From NCBI GenBank assembly GCA_902612095.1, contig CACMBZ010000001.1, positions 107,772-171,771 on the forward strand: a DNA stretch of 64,000 nucleotides, read 5' to 3'. Both the position numbers and the translations under genes were made by a program. A model generated the notes under the pieces. The model saw only the letters and a program-made list of their open reading frames with translations. It searched no databases and had not been told where the DNA came from. Of this stretch, positions 18,581 to 28,769 are shown one piece after another. Origin of the DNA: an uncultured Pelagibacteraceae bacterium (GTDB taxonomy: Bacteria; Pseudomonadota; Alphaproteobacteria; Pelagibacterales; AG-422-B15). Numbering within the stretch: the first letter of the stretch is position 1; each line of letters begins with the position of its first letter.

Positions 18581-19315
18581 TTATCTTCTTTGACCAAAAA
18601 GTCTCAGTAACATTATAAATAGATTTATAAAATCAAGATAAAGTGTTAATGCACCCATAATTGCTTTTTTAGCCGCGACCTCGCCACTGTCATATGCCAT
18701 ATACATATTCTTAATCTTTTGAGTGTCATATGCTGTCAAACCAACAAAAATCAGAACTCCAAGAATAGATATTCCATAATATAATGCTGGTGATTGCATG
18801 AAGATATTTACAATTGATGCAATTATAATTCCAATCAATCCCATAAATAAAAACGATCCAAAATTTGTTAGATCTCTTTTTGTTGTATAACCATATATGC
18901 TCATTGCGCCAAATGTACTTGCAGTTATAAAGAATACTCGCGCGATACTAGCGCCTGTATAAGTTAAAAAAATAGTTGATAAAGATAAGCCCATAAGAAA
19001 CGCAAATACCCAAAACATTGTTTGTGCTCGAGAAGCAGACATTCCCCTTATTCCAAAACTCATATACATGACAATACCAAGGGGTGCTAATGCAACTACC
19101 CACATCATTGGCCCTGTATAGAGTGTAACACCTAAGTTAGTCAGACCAACAATTTCTCCTGTTGGACCCATTACAGCAGTGGCTTGAAATAACATGTATG
19201 CAACTAGACCTGTTAAAGCTAAACCTGATGCCATGTAATTGTAAACACTTAACATGTATTGTCTTAAGCCAGCATCTATTGCAGGTGATGATTGAGCTCT
19301 AGTCTGATATTCCAT
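18581..19315 (-). CDS. Bax inhibitor-1/YccA family membrane protein
   Basis: IDAGLRQYMLSVYNYM, GYTTKRDL, GALTLYLDFINLF. Confidence 0.93.
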   Translation of the reverse strand: MEYQTRAQSSPAIDAGLRQYMLSVYNYMASGLALTGLVAYMLFQATAVMGPTGEIVGLTNLGVTLYTGPMMWVVALAPLGIVMYMSFGIRGMSASRAQTMFWVFAFLMGLSLSTIFLTYTGASIARVFFITASTFGAMSIYGYTTKRDLTNFGSFLFMGLIGIIIASIVNIFMQSPALYYGISILGVLIFVGLTAYDTQKIKNMYMAYDSGEVAAKKAIMGALTLYLDFINLFIMLLRLFGQRR

Positions 19316-19436
19316 ATAGAAAAACCTCTTGTATTATTTATTAACTGTATTTTAATACATAATTATAAATAGGATCAATACAAGTTATTAATTGTTAAGA
19401 TTTTATTAAGTAATTTCAATAAGATAGGAGAAATAA

Positions 19437-20450
19437 ATGGAAAAGGTTTTAGTCACAGGCGCTTCAGGATTTATAGCTGAACACTGCATAATTGAACTTC
19501 TTAAAAATGGCTATTCAGTAAAGGGTTCGCTCAGGACAATGAACAGAGAACAAGAAGTAAGAGAAGCAGTAAAGACTGAAACAGATGACGCTAAATTAGA
19601 ATTTTGCAAACTTGATCTACTTGAAGATGAAGGTTGGGAAGATGCAATGCGGGATTGTGATTATTTAATGCATGTTGCCTCTCCATTTGTAATAGAAGAT
19701 CCAAAAGATGAAAATGAACTGATCAAGCCTGCAAAGGAAGGAACTCTTAGAGCACTCAATGCAGCAAAAAAAGCTGGTATAAAAAGAGTTGTTCTCACTT
19801 CTTCTGTTGCTGCTGTTAACTCACATATGATGTCGGGAACAAGCGATCATACAACTTGGACAGATATTAATAGTAAGTATGTTACTCCTTATCAAAAAAG
19901 TAAAACAATTGCAGAAAAAGCTGCTTGGGATTTTTATAATAATCAGGACAGTGATAATAGAATGGAGTTAGCAGTTATTAATCCCGGAGGTGTAATGGGA
20001 CCTCAGCTTGGAAATGACTTAGGTGGTGCTTCAACACAAATAGTCTCACAACTTATTTCTGGAAAGTTTCCAATGATACCTGCATTATCATTCCCATTTA
20101 TTGATGTGAGAGATGTAGCCATTCTGCATTTAAAAGCCATGACCACCCCTGAAGCTGATGGGAAAAGATTTATTGCAGCGCATTCTGAGCCTACTTGGAT
20201 GTATGAAGTTGCAGAAGTCTTAAGTGCAGCTGGATATGAAAAAATTAAACTGAAGAAGGCACCTTCATTCATGCTCAAATTGATTGGCTTATTTGATAAC
20301 AAGACAAAAAGCTTAGTGCCAATGCTGGATAAGTATGTACCGTGCGATAACTCTCAAACTGTTAAGATACTTAATTGGGAACCTATGCCATGGGAGCAAG
20401 CCTTTATTGAACATGCAAAATCCATTGAGGCAATTAACGATAAAACCTAA
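19437..20450 (+). CDS. Extended SDR, aldehyde reductase / dihydroflavonol-reductase-like (paralog 1)
   Basis: VLVTGASGFIA, HVASP, TSS, YQKSK. Confidence 0.9.
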   Translation: MEKVLVTGASGFIAEHCIIELLKNGYSVKGSLRTMNREQEVREAVKTETDDAKLEFCKLDLLEDEGWEDAMRDCDYLMHVASPFVIEDPKDENELIKPAKEGTLRALNAAKKAGIKRVVLTSSVAAVNSHMMSGTSDHTTWTDINSKYVTPYQKSKTIAEKAAWDFYNNQDSDNRMELAVINPGGVMGPQLGNDLGGASTQIVSQLISGKFPMIPALSFPFIDVRDVAILHLKAMTTPEADGKRFIAAHSEPTWMYEVAEVLSAAGYEKIKLKKAPSFMLKLIGLFDNKTKSLVPMLDKYVPCDNSQTVKILNWEPMPWEQAFIEHAKSIEAINDKT

Positions 20451-20452
20451 TT

Positions 20453-21463
20453 ATGGAGAAAGTTCTAGTTACCGGAGGTTCAGGTTACATTGCTCAACAT
20501 TGCATAGCAGAATTACTCAAAGAAGGGTACTCAGTTAGAACTTCTTTACGCTCTGAAAATCGTGAAGCAGAAGTAAGACAAGCTATAGCAAGAGAAGTTG
20601 ATGCAAAAAATAATTTAGAGTTTTGTAAATTAGACTTACTAAAGGATGAAGGATGGGATGAGGCGGTTGCTGGCTGTACTTATGTATTGCACGTTGCATC
20701 TCCACTAACCGACAAAGCGCCTGATGATGAAAATGAAATCATTCAGCCCGCCAAGGAAGGTCTTTTGAGGGCGCTTAAAAGCTCAATAAAAAACAAGATT
20801 AAAAGATTTGTCATGACTTCATCGTTTTCAGCTGTGGGGTATGGAAACGAAGAAAAAATATATGATGAGAGCCATTGGACTGATCCAAGTCAAAATATTG
20901 GCGCATACAACAAGAGTAAGGCAATTGCTGAAAAAGAAATGTGGTCTTACTTGAACAGTCTCAGTGACGATGAAAAAATAGAAGCTGTTGCAATAAACCC
21001 GACTTTGGTAATAGGTCCATCGTTATCTGACGATGTTGGAACTTCAAATGTGTTTATTCAAAGAATGTTGGACGGCTCCTACCCCGTTGTGCCAAAAGTT
21101 CATTTTGGATGGGTTACTGTTAAAGATACAGCAAGAGCACACGTTGAAGCAATGATACATCCAGATGCAAATGGAAAAAGATTCATACTTGCAGAAAAAT
21201 GTATGTGGCTATCTGATATGAATAAGCTTTTAAGAGAGCATGGATATAAAAAAGCTCCTTCAATTGAGGCTCCAAATATTTTAATGAAAGTTCTCGGTTT
21301 ATTTAGCAAAGAAGCTGGGGCAATATCTGGCTTCGTTGGTAAAACAAAATTTACTAATTCCGAAAATGCTAAAAATATTTTAAAATTTAATTTCGAAAGT
21401 GCAGACGATGGAATTATTCAGACTGCAAAACAATTTGAAGAACTTGGACTGATTACAAAATAA
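20453..21463 (+). CDS. Extended SDR, aldehyde reductase / dihydroflavonol-reductase-like (paralog 2)
   Basis: VLVTGGSGYIA, HVASP, TSS, YNKSK. Confidence 0.9.
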   Translation: MEKVLVTGGSGYIAQHCIAELLKEGYSVRTSLRSENREAEVRQAIAREVDAKNNLEFCKLDLLKDEGWDEAVAGCTYVLHVASPLTDKAPDDENEIIQPAKEGLLRALKSSIKNKIKRFVMTSSFSAVGYGNEEKIYDESHWTDPSQNIGAYNKSKAIAEKEMWSYLNSLSDDEKIEAVAINPTLVIGPSLSDDVGTSNVFIQRMLDGSYPVVPKVHFGWVTVKDTARAHVEAMIHPDANGKRFILAEKCMWLSDMNKLLREHGYKKAPSIEAPNILMKVLGLFSKEAGAISGFVGKTKFTNSENAKNILKFNFESADDGIIQTAKQFEELGLITK

Positions 21464-22518
21464 TGGAATACAGAAAGTTAGGCAGATCAGATATTGACGT
21501 AAGTTTAATATGCTTAGGCACCATGACTTGGGGAGAACAGAATACCGAGGCAGATGCGCACGATCAACTAGATTACGCTCTAGACCATGAAGTTAATTTT
21601 ATCGACACTGCTGAAATATATGCTGTACCAACAAAAGCTGAAACTCAGGGATTAACAGAGAAATATATAGGTACTTGGTTCAAAGCGAGAGGCAACAGAG
21701 ACAAAGTGGTACTTGCAACTAAAGTGGCTGGTCGTTCTGGAATGTCATGGCTTAGAGAAAATGAAGAAATACCAAGATTATCTAAAGAACATGTTTTCTA
21801 TGCAGTTGAGCAAAGTCTTAAAAGACTACAAACAGATTACATTGATCTCTACCAAGTTCATTGGCCCGACAGACCATTTGGTGCATTTTCAGGAAGACTT
21901 GAATACAAACATATGGATACATCTGACTCAATTCCATTAGAGGAAACTCTTGAGGCTCTTGGTGAACTAGTTAAGCAAGGTAAAGTCAGACAGATTGGCT
22001 TATCTAACGAAACACCGTGGGGAACAATGAAATATTTAGAGCTCGCTGAAACAAAGTCTCTTCCACGTGTTGCTTCAATTCAGAATGCTTATAATTTGGT
22101 TAATAGAGGTTTTGAAATTGGTTTATCTGAAGTTGCAATGCACGAACAAGTGGGCTTGCTTGCTTACTCGCCTTTAGCACAAGGAACATTAACTGGAAAA
22201 TATTTAGGTGGACAGATGCCTCAAGGTTCAAGACTCGCGCTATTTGGTGATGGTCCTTTAATGATGAGATATAAAGGAGATAAGACACAGCAGGCAATTG
22301 AAATGTATGTAAATCTTGCAAAAAAATACGAAATTGATCCTGCTCAACTAGCTATTCAATTTTGTAACATTCAACCATTTGTCACATCAACAATTATCGG
22401 AGCGACTACAATGGAACAGTTGAAAACTTGTATAGACAGTGTTGATCTTGATATTACAAAAGAAATTATCAATGAGATAAGAAGTATTCACAAAGAAATT
22501 CCAAATCCAGCACCATAA
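21463..22518 (+). CDS. Tas-like NADP(H)-dependent aldo-keto reductase
   Basis: CLGTMTWGEQN, DTAEIY, DLYQVHWP, GLSNETPWG, AYSPLA. Confidence 0.93.
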   Translation: MEYRKLGRSDIDVSLICLGTMTWGEQNTEADAHDQLDYALDHEVNFIDTAEIYAVPTKAETQGLTEKYIGTWFKARGNRDKVVLATKVAGRSGMSWLRENEEIPRLSKEHVFYAVEQSLKRLQTDYIDLYQVHWPDRPFGAFSGRLEYKHMDTSDSIPLEETLEALGELVKQGKVRQIGLSNETPWGTMKYLELAETKSLPRVASIQNAYNLVNRGFEIGLSEVAMHEQVGLLAYSPLAQGTLTGKYLGGQMPQGSRLALFGDGPLMMRYKGDKTQQAIEMYVNLAKKYEIDPAQLAIQFCNIQPFVTSTIIGATTMEQLKTCIDSVDLDITKEIINEIRSIHKEIPNPAP

Positions 22519-22802
22519 TGAAAAAAATCTCTAAAGCTGAACTTACCAAAAAATTAAAAAGATTGTCTGGGTGGAAGATGGTCAAAGGGCGAAGTGCAAT
22601 TACTAAAACATTTAAGTTTAGTAACTTTCAAGAAGCTTTTGGTTGGATGACATCAATGGCAATCTATGCGGAAAAGAAAGATCATCATCCGGAATGGTTT
22701 AATGTCTACAGTACTGTCGAAGTTACTTTATCAACTCACGATGCTGGTGGAGTGACAAGTCTGGACTTAGATATGGCTAGAGAAATGAATCAAAAAAAGT
22801 AA
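22518..22802 (+). CDS. Pterin-4-alpha-carbinolamine dehydratase
   Basis: DHHPEWFNVY, STHDAGG. Confidence 0.95.
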   Translation: MKKISKAELTKKLKRLSGWKMVKGRSAITKTFKFSNFQEAFGWMTSMAIYAEKKDHHPEWFNVYSTVEVTLSTHDAGGVTSLDLDMAREMNQKK

Positions 22803-22823
22803 GTGGATACCATAAATAATTAA

Positions 22824-25800
22824 TTAAAAATATCTTACTGCTTTTAGATTTATTGAATTTTCATTACTTAGATCATCTTGATATCTGAATTCGTAGGATC
22901 CATTGAAAAACCATCCACTCATCAATCTTGAATCAAGCTCAATTCTTGCTGTTGAATATGACGATGGCTCACTATTTAAAGATAGGTTTATCATACTTTC
23001 TAAATCTAGCTCATAAGAAGCTGAAGCGCTAAAGCTATTCATTTGTGAAGAACCTGGTCTGTAATTAAGCTCATAATCTAATTGATAAAACCAATCACTC
23101 GGGGTTTCTATATCTGTTCCTAGTGCAGCTCTAATATTACTGGACTTCTCATCTTCAACCTTGAGAGAATAAATTGTATTAGGCAAAGCTATGTAAGAAA
23201 CATTGGCATTTGAAGAAGAGCTAACGTCTCTTCCATATTCAAGTCGACCGTATGTGTTAAGATTTAAATCATTAAATTTTATTTCGTCGTCAGCTAATAT
23301 TCCAAGAGAGATAATAGCTGATTTAATCGTTTGCTCGTTATATCTTAAGGCAGCAATTGTTCCTTTTTCACTAAAGCTGGATAATTTAGTATAACCTCCA
23401 TCAATTCTTCCATAAGGCGATAAATTAATATCATTTTTCTCAAGCTCTGCACTATAAACTATAGAGCCATACAATTGCTTTCCATCTCTATTGCCTAATA
23501 TAGTTCCAGATGCGTGAGATCGAATAAGATCCATTTCTAATAATCCAAGCCCAACATTTATATCAATATATGTTTGATCGGTGTGTGGAGCAGTTGCATA
23601 AAACGATAAGCTATATGCATCAGTATCCAAAGAATGGTCTGAGGATCCAACATTTACATCATCTTTGCCGACTCTTAATGCAGCTCCCAAAAAATGATTA
23701 TCATCGATTTTGTTGTCTATTCCAAAAGTTATGCCGTTTGTTGTAATGTCCCTAAGTGAAGAAATGCCATCAGAGTCAATCTCACCGACGGAGATATTTC
23801 CTTCACTCCATACGGACCAATTGTTTGAAAATAAATCTCCAGATTGATTAATAAGTTTTGAAAATTGAAGTGCGTTTGAAATTCCATGCAGATCTGAGTT
23901 GCTAAAATTAACACTTACTCCCTGATGGGATAACTCACTTTTATCTTTGTTTCTTCTCAACCACTCTATACGTTTAAATATTGAAGAAGTAGTTTGTTGA
24001 ATAAATCTTTTTGCTGTTTCTGCTTGAGCTTTCAGAAGTCCAACAAAATCCTTATCAGTCATAGGGTTTGTTAAATCCTCAACTAAGTACTCTGCTGTAA
24101 AGGTTTTGCTAGTGGCGGGTATTACGTTATTATTAAAATCTTCAACTGTTGCACCAATAGCGGCATAAATTATTTGACCGCTTGTAAAATTATTTGTTGG
24201 ATCAATTGTTATCACAGTCTTAGCTGAATTTATTGAAGCGGTAAATGAAAGATCTGTACCATTGGCATCGGTATCTTTAAGAGTAATTAAGCTTCCAACG
24301 TTTAAATTAGTTATTTCAGTGTCGTCAAGATTTCGAACAGGCTCACTAAAAGTAAATGTAATATCAGAATTAGTAGCAATAGATGCTGTAATAACAGCAT
24401 CAATACTTACCGTCGGTGGAAGAGAATCTCCTACAGTAAATATTGCAAATGAATTTGAGATAGCATTATCATAAGAATCTTCAACTGTAGAACCAATACC
24501 TACATATACAATTTGTTCGCTCGATAAATCGTTCGTTAGATCGATAGTTATTAATTTGTTATTGGCATTAATCGTTGCATCAAAAGGTATGTCGGTTCCG
24601 CTAGAATTGGTATCTTTTAAAGTTATGAGATTATCAACATTGATACTATTTAGATCGGAGTTATCAATAAGCCTTATTTCTTCATCAAATGATATGTAGA
24701 TGTCTGTATCAACAGATACATTGGTCGCTAAGTTGGCAGGACTGAAGGCAACAACTGGAGGGGTAACGTCCGTTACACTAAAGGTACCAGATGTGGCACT
24801 CATTGCATTTCCTGAATTATCTTCTACAGACTCAATTGACACAAATACAACTTCACCACTTATAAAATCACTATCAGGATTAATGGTGATTACTTTTTTT
24901 GCCGCATCAATAGTAGCTGTAAATGCAATAGGTGAGTGATCATATGCATATTCAAGAGTAATTAAGTCACCAACATTAGAATTTGTAATAGCTGTATCGT
25001 CGACGTTTCTAATAGCTTCAGAAAATGTAAGTGTAACATTGGATTCAATGGGAATTCCAGTCGCGGTATCTGCAGGATCAAAGTTTACACTTGGTGCAGT
25101 TGCATCTGCAGTGGTAAACGTCGACGATGATAAGCTTATTGCGTTATCCCATTCATCCTCAACAGTTGCACCGATTGCCACATAGACAACTTGCTCACTT
25201 GAAAACTCACTTGATGGGGTAATTGTTATCATTTGTTTTGCATCATCAATAACAGCTGAGAACGATATATCCGACCCAGAAGAATTGGTTTGTTTCAATG
25301 TAATTAATGCATCAACATTTGAATCGGTGACAGGTGTATCATCTGTGTTTCTAATAGGTTCGGAAAAAGAAATGGTTACATCAGAGTTAACTGCTACACC
25401 AGTTGATGAGTTGGTTGGAAAGAATTCCACATCAGGAGGATTTGAATCAACTGCCGTGAATGATGAACTTCCTGGAGTTATTGCATTATCTGAAGAATCT
25501 TCAACTGTTGCACCGATTGCTAAATAGACTTCTTGCTCACTAGAAAAATTACTAGTTGGGTTTATTGTTATAATTTTCTTATCTGCATCAATTGTTGCGT
25601 TAAATGCAATATTCGATCCATTTGCGTCGGTGTCTTTTAATGTTATTAAACTGTCCACATTACTATCTGTTAAAGCTGTATCATTAATATTTCTTACAGC
25701 TTCATTAAAAGTAATTGTTAGATTTGAACTTACTGCAACATTTATTTCAGTATCTGGAGGGTTAAATACGTATGTAGGTGGTAGATTATCTGCAACCGTA

Positions 25801-28739
25801 AATGTTGCTGATGCAGCGCTAATAGCGTTGTCAAAAAAATCTTCAACAGTTGCTCCTATTGCAGCGTAAATTGTTTGCCCGCTTGTAAAATTACCTACTG
25901 GATTGACGGTGATTTTTGTTTTAGCGGAATTAATTGTTGCAACAAAGCTAATATTATTACCATTAACATCAGTATCCTTAAGAGATATTAAGCTGCCAAC
26001 ATTGGTATCTAATAATTCCTCATCACTCAGTAACCTTACAGATTTATCAAATTCGATAGTAATATTCGTGTCAGCAGGAACACCCGCTTCAGCGCTTATA
26101 GAAACTGTTGGAGGATTAGTGGGTGTAGCAGTTGTAAATGTTGACTCAGTTAAGCTTATTGCGTTATCTGAAGAATCTTCAACTTCAGCTTTAATGGCTG
26201 CATAAATTGTTTGTGAACTTAAAAAATCACTTGTTGGATCAATCGTTATGATTGTTTTAGCAGTATTAATTGTTGCATCAAAAGAAATATTTGCTCCACT
26301 AGAATCTGTTTCTTTAAGAATTATGTGATCATCCACGCTTGTATCAGTTATTTCACTATCATCAGATTTTCTAATTGCTTCATCAAATTCGATCGTAATG
26401 TTGGTGTTCATTCCGATTCCTGTTTGGCCGTTTGATGGAGTGATAGTTACAACAGGGGCTGTCGTATCAGCAGTTGTAAAATTTAAGTCAGTGTCGTTTA
26501 TTATTCCGGTATAAAGATTGCCTGAACTATCTTCAAATGACCCTGAGTCAATTTTAATATAATAATCAGTTTTTTCATCTAAAGTAGTAGCAGGGTTAAT
26601 TGTAATTTCTGTTGATCCAGAACCTGTTACTTTTGGGTCAGTTGCATCAATAGTTTCAATTTGAGTGTCTCCTGAATAAATTGTAATATTTTTATTTGCG
26701 ATAGCAGTTACAGACTCATTAAATGTGAGTACTATATTTGAATTGACTCCCATAGTAGTAACCCCATCAGCAGGGTTCGATGAGCTTAATGTAGGACCTT
26801 CAGTATCAGCTACTGTAAATGTTGCAGAGTGGGCAGGCAAAGCTGTATTGCAAGCGTTTTCAAGAGTGTTATCAGTAACAGCAACATACACAACTTGAGA
26901 GCTGTTAAAATTAGCGTCAGGATTAATAGTAACGACTTGATCAGAAGCATCAATTGTTGCATCAAAAGAAATATCTGCTCCACTTGAGTTTGTATCTTTT
27001 AGTGTAATATGGGCATCGATATTAGAATTAGTTAAATCACTGTCGTCACTAGCTTTTCTTAATCCTGTATTAAAATTAATTGTTATATTATCTCCTGCAG
27101 CATGTGTTGAGTTTCCATTCGCTGGGACAAATGAGTCAACATCCGGAGTGAGCGAGTTTGCTATTGTACCAATTCCTGCATCCTGATTTCCATCAACTGT
27201 GAGTGTGTTACAGTTCGTTGACCAAGTACCAGAAGAAGATATAGTAAAATCTCCATTAACTTTCATATTATCTGATTGGCTGCCTGCTGAACCACTTAAA
27301 ACAACATCATTAAAATCATTACTTGCGCCAGTGCCTCCAGAAAATACATTTGAATTATTATCAAAAGTTACTGTTCCTGAGCGAGATATAAAACTACCAT
27401 TATTTGTCCAGTCGCCTCCCACAGCAATATCATGGTTACTAGTGCTCGCATCTAATGTTCCACTTGTTATGGTGAGGTCGCCATTAACATCTAAATTAGC
27501 ATCAAGTGTCGATGTACCTGATTGATTAAAAACTAAATTAAAATAACTGTTACCCGCTGCTAAGCCAGTAGCCCCGGAACCATCATAGGTTACAGTTCCA
27601 CTATCAGTGTCTGGTGTAATATAAACGGTTTCATTTCCTTGAAGTTGCAAGTTACCGTTATTGACAAGCGTAACTGGGTTAGTATTTGATGCATTTTTTC
27701 TTAAATTTTTACCATTAATGTCAAAATTAGCTTCATTGTTTATGGTAAGTGTTCCACTAACTCTTAATTGACTATTTCCTATTAACGATACAACCCCGGC
27801 AGTATTGGCTATAGTTAAATTGCTAAAATTATCAGGCATATCAATAGTTTGCGCTGAGGATCCATTAAAAATAACTTGTCCAGTGCTTGGTACAAAATTT
27901 GTGCTATTTTGCATATCCCAATCACCACCAACGGTTATATCGTGTCCATTAGCCCTGAGCCTTCCTGTTCCAACAACCTGTAATTTATTTTCCACTTCAA
28001 TATCGCTGTAAAGAGTTACGTTTTTATTAACGCCTTTAGTTAAATTATAAAAATTTTTGTTAGGACCAGGACCACCAGAGATTGTAATTCCTGCGCCTAA
28101 AGCACTTTCACCCGGACCATCGTATCTAGGGTTCATCCTTAGTGTGCCGTCATTATGATAAAATGTTCCCCCATTAAGCCGAAAGCCACCTTTTAAAATA
28201 AAACGAGAGGCACCAGCTCCAGGAGCAGTAAATGTAGATCCGTTATACATTACAAAATTGTGATTTAATCTGAATTTACTAGTATTGCCTGTAAAAGTGA
28301 GTGTAGGACCATGACCGCCAGCGCCTAACGTATATGCTTTTCCAGATCTAAGCTCTCCATCTGAAACTATTATAGTCCCCCCACTGTGAACAACCCCTTG
28401 TTTAGCATTGAATTGTCCACTCGGTATATTGATATTTATTGTACCAGTGTATCCACGTCGCATAATTAATTTGTTAACTGTGACATTAGTGGTTACGTTA
28501 ACATCCAGTGTACTATTGGCATCAAAATAAGCTTTATCGGAACCTGACGGTGGGTTTGCTCCTGGGGTACCCCCCGATTGATTGGACCAGTTATTATTAT
28601 CCCACCAAATCTTATCTCCACTCCCACTAGCAACCCAAAACCTGTCAGCTGCATTTGCACTAGAAATAAGAAATAAAAAAATAAATAAAAATGAGAAAAA
28701 TATAACTTTGCTTATTCTGTAATTATTTTGATGTGTCAT
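22824..28739 (-). CDS. Large autotransporter-like surface protein: signal peptide, Gly/Asn/Thr-rich beta-rich region, nine SbsA/Big_5-like Ig repeats, C-terminal beta-barrel
   Basis: Repeated P-x-V...P...V...ITITFSEPIR...ITLKDT...G.DI.F.ATI...ITI.P units; WSVWSEG...GITFGID...SPYGRIDGGY barrel region; terminal Phe. Confidence 0.88.
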   Translation of the reverse strand: MTHQNNYRISKVIFFSFLFIFLFLISSANAADRFWVASGSGDKIWWDNNNWSNQSGGTPGANPPSGSDKAYFDANSTLDVNVTTNVTVNKLIMRRGYTGTININIPSGQFNAKQGVVHSGGTIIVSDGELRSGKAYTLGAGGHGPTLTFTGNTSKFRLNHNFVMYNGSTFTAPGAGASRFILKGGFRLNGGTFYHNDGTLRMNPRYDGPGESALGAGITISGGPGPNKNFYNLTKGVNKNVTLYSDIEVENKLQVVGTGRLRANGHDITVGGDWDMQNSTNFVPSTGQVIFNGSSAQTIDMPDNFSNLTIANTAGVVSLIGNSQLRVSGTLTINNEANFDINGKNLRKNASNTNPVTLVNNGNLQLQGNETVYITPDTDSGTVTYDGSGATGLAAGNSYFNLVFNQSGTSTLDANLDVNGDLTITSGTLDASTSNHDIAVGGDWTNNGSFISRSGTVTFDNNSNVFSGGTGASNDFNDVVLSGSAGSQSDNMKVNGDFTISSSGTWSTNCNTLTVDGNQDAGIGTIANSLTPDVDSFVPANGNSTHAAGDNITINFNTGLRKASDDSDLTNSNIDAHITLKDTNSSGADISFDATIDASDQVVTINPDANFNSSQVVYVAVTDNTLENACNTALPAHSATFTVADTEGPTLSSSNPADGVTTMGVNSNIVLTFNESVTAIANKNITIYSGDTQIETIDATDPKVTGSGSTEITINPATTLDEKTDYYIKIDSGSFEDSSGNLYTGIINDTDLNFTTADTTAPVVTITPSNGQTGIGMNTNITIEFDEAIRKSDDSEITDTSVDDHIILKETDSSGANISFDATINTAKTIITIDPTSDFLSSQTIYAAIKAEVEDSSDNAISLTESTFTTATPTNPPTVSISAEAGVPADTNITIEFDKSVRLLSDEELLDTNVGSLISLKDTDVNGNNISFVATINSAKTKITVNPVGNFTSGQTIYAAIGATVEDFFDNAISAASATFTVADNLPPTYVFNPPDTEINVAVSSNLTITFNEAVRNINDTALTDSNVDSLITLKDTDANGSNIAFNATIDADKKIITINPTSNFSSEQEVYLAIGATVEDSSDNAITPGSSSFTAVDSNPPDVEFFPTNSSTGVAVNSDVTISFSEPIRNTDDTPVTDSNVDALITLKQTNSSGSDISFSAVIDDAKQMITITPSSEFSSEQVVYVAIGATVEDEWDNAISLSSSTFTTADATAPSVNFDPADTATGIPIESNVTLTFSEAIRNVDDTAITNSNVGDLITLEYAYDHSPIAFTATIDAAKKVITINPDSDFISGEVVFVSIESVEDNSGNAMSATSGTFSVTDVTPPVVAFSPANLATNVSVDTDIYISFDEEIRLIDNSDLNSINVDNLITLKDTNSSGTDIPFDATINANNKLITIDLTNDLSSEQIVYVGIGSTVEDSYDNAISNSFAIFTVGDSLPPTVSIDAVITASIATNSDITFTFSEPVRNLDDTEITNLNVGSLITLKDTDANGTDLSFTASINSAKTVITIDPTNNFTSGQIIYAAIGATVEDFNNNVIPATSKTFTAEYLVEDLTNPMTDKDFVGLLKAQAETAKRFIQQTTSSIFKRIEWLRRNKDKSELSHQGVSVNFSNSDLHGISNALQFSKLINQSGDLFSNNWSVWSEGNISVGEIDSDGISSLRDITTNGITFGIDNKIDDNHFLGAALRVGKDDVNVGSSDHSLDTDAYSLSFYATAPHTDQTYIDINVGLGLLEMDLIRSHASGTILGNRDGKQLYGSIVYSAELEKNDINLSPYGRIDGGYTKLSSFSEKGTIAALRYNEQTIKSAIISLGILADDEIKFNDLNLNTYGRLEYGRDVSSSSNANVSYIALPNTIYSLKVEDEKSSNIRAALGTDIETPSDWFYQLDYELNYRPGSSQMNSFSASASYELDLESMINLSLNSEPSSYSTARIELDSRLMSGWFFNGSYEFRYQDDLSNENSINLKAVRYF
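24090..27150 (-). repeat. Nine degenerate Ig-like coding repeats of about 110-115 aa (boundaries approximate)
   Basis: Units start TPDVDSF, GPTLSSS, APVVTIT, PPTVSIS, PPTYVFN, PPDVEFF, APSVNFD, PPVVAFS, PPTVSID; most end near YxAIGATVED. Confidence 0.85.
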
Positions 28740-28769
28740 TTAGTAAACCAGCGTGTCTACGTTAGATAC

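Noticed and set aside
24090-27150. Ig repeats as a diversity-generating retroelement or invertible cassette
   Set aside because: Repeats are diverged at all base types; no reverse transcriptase or recombinase
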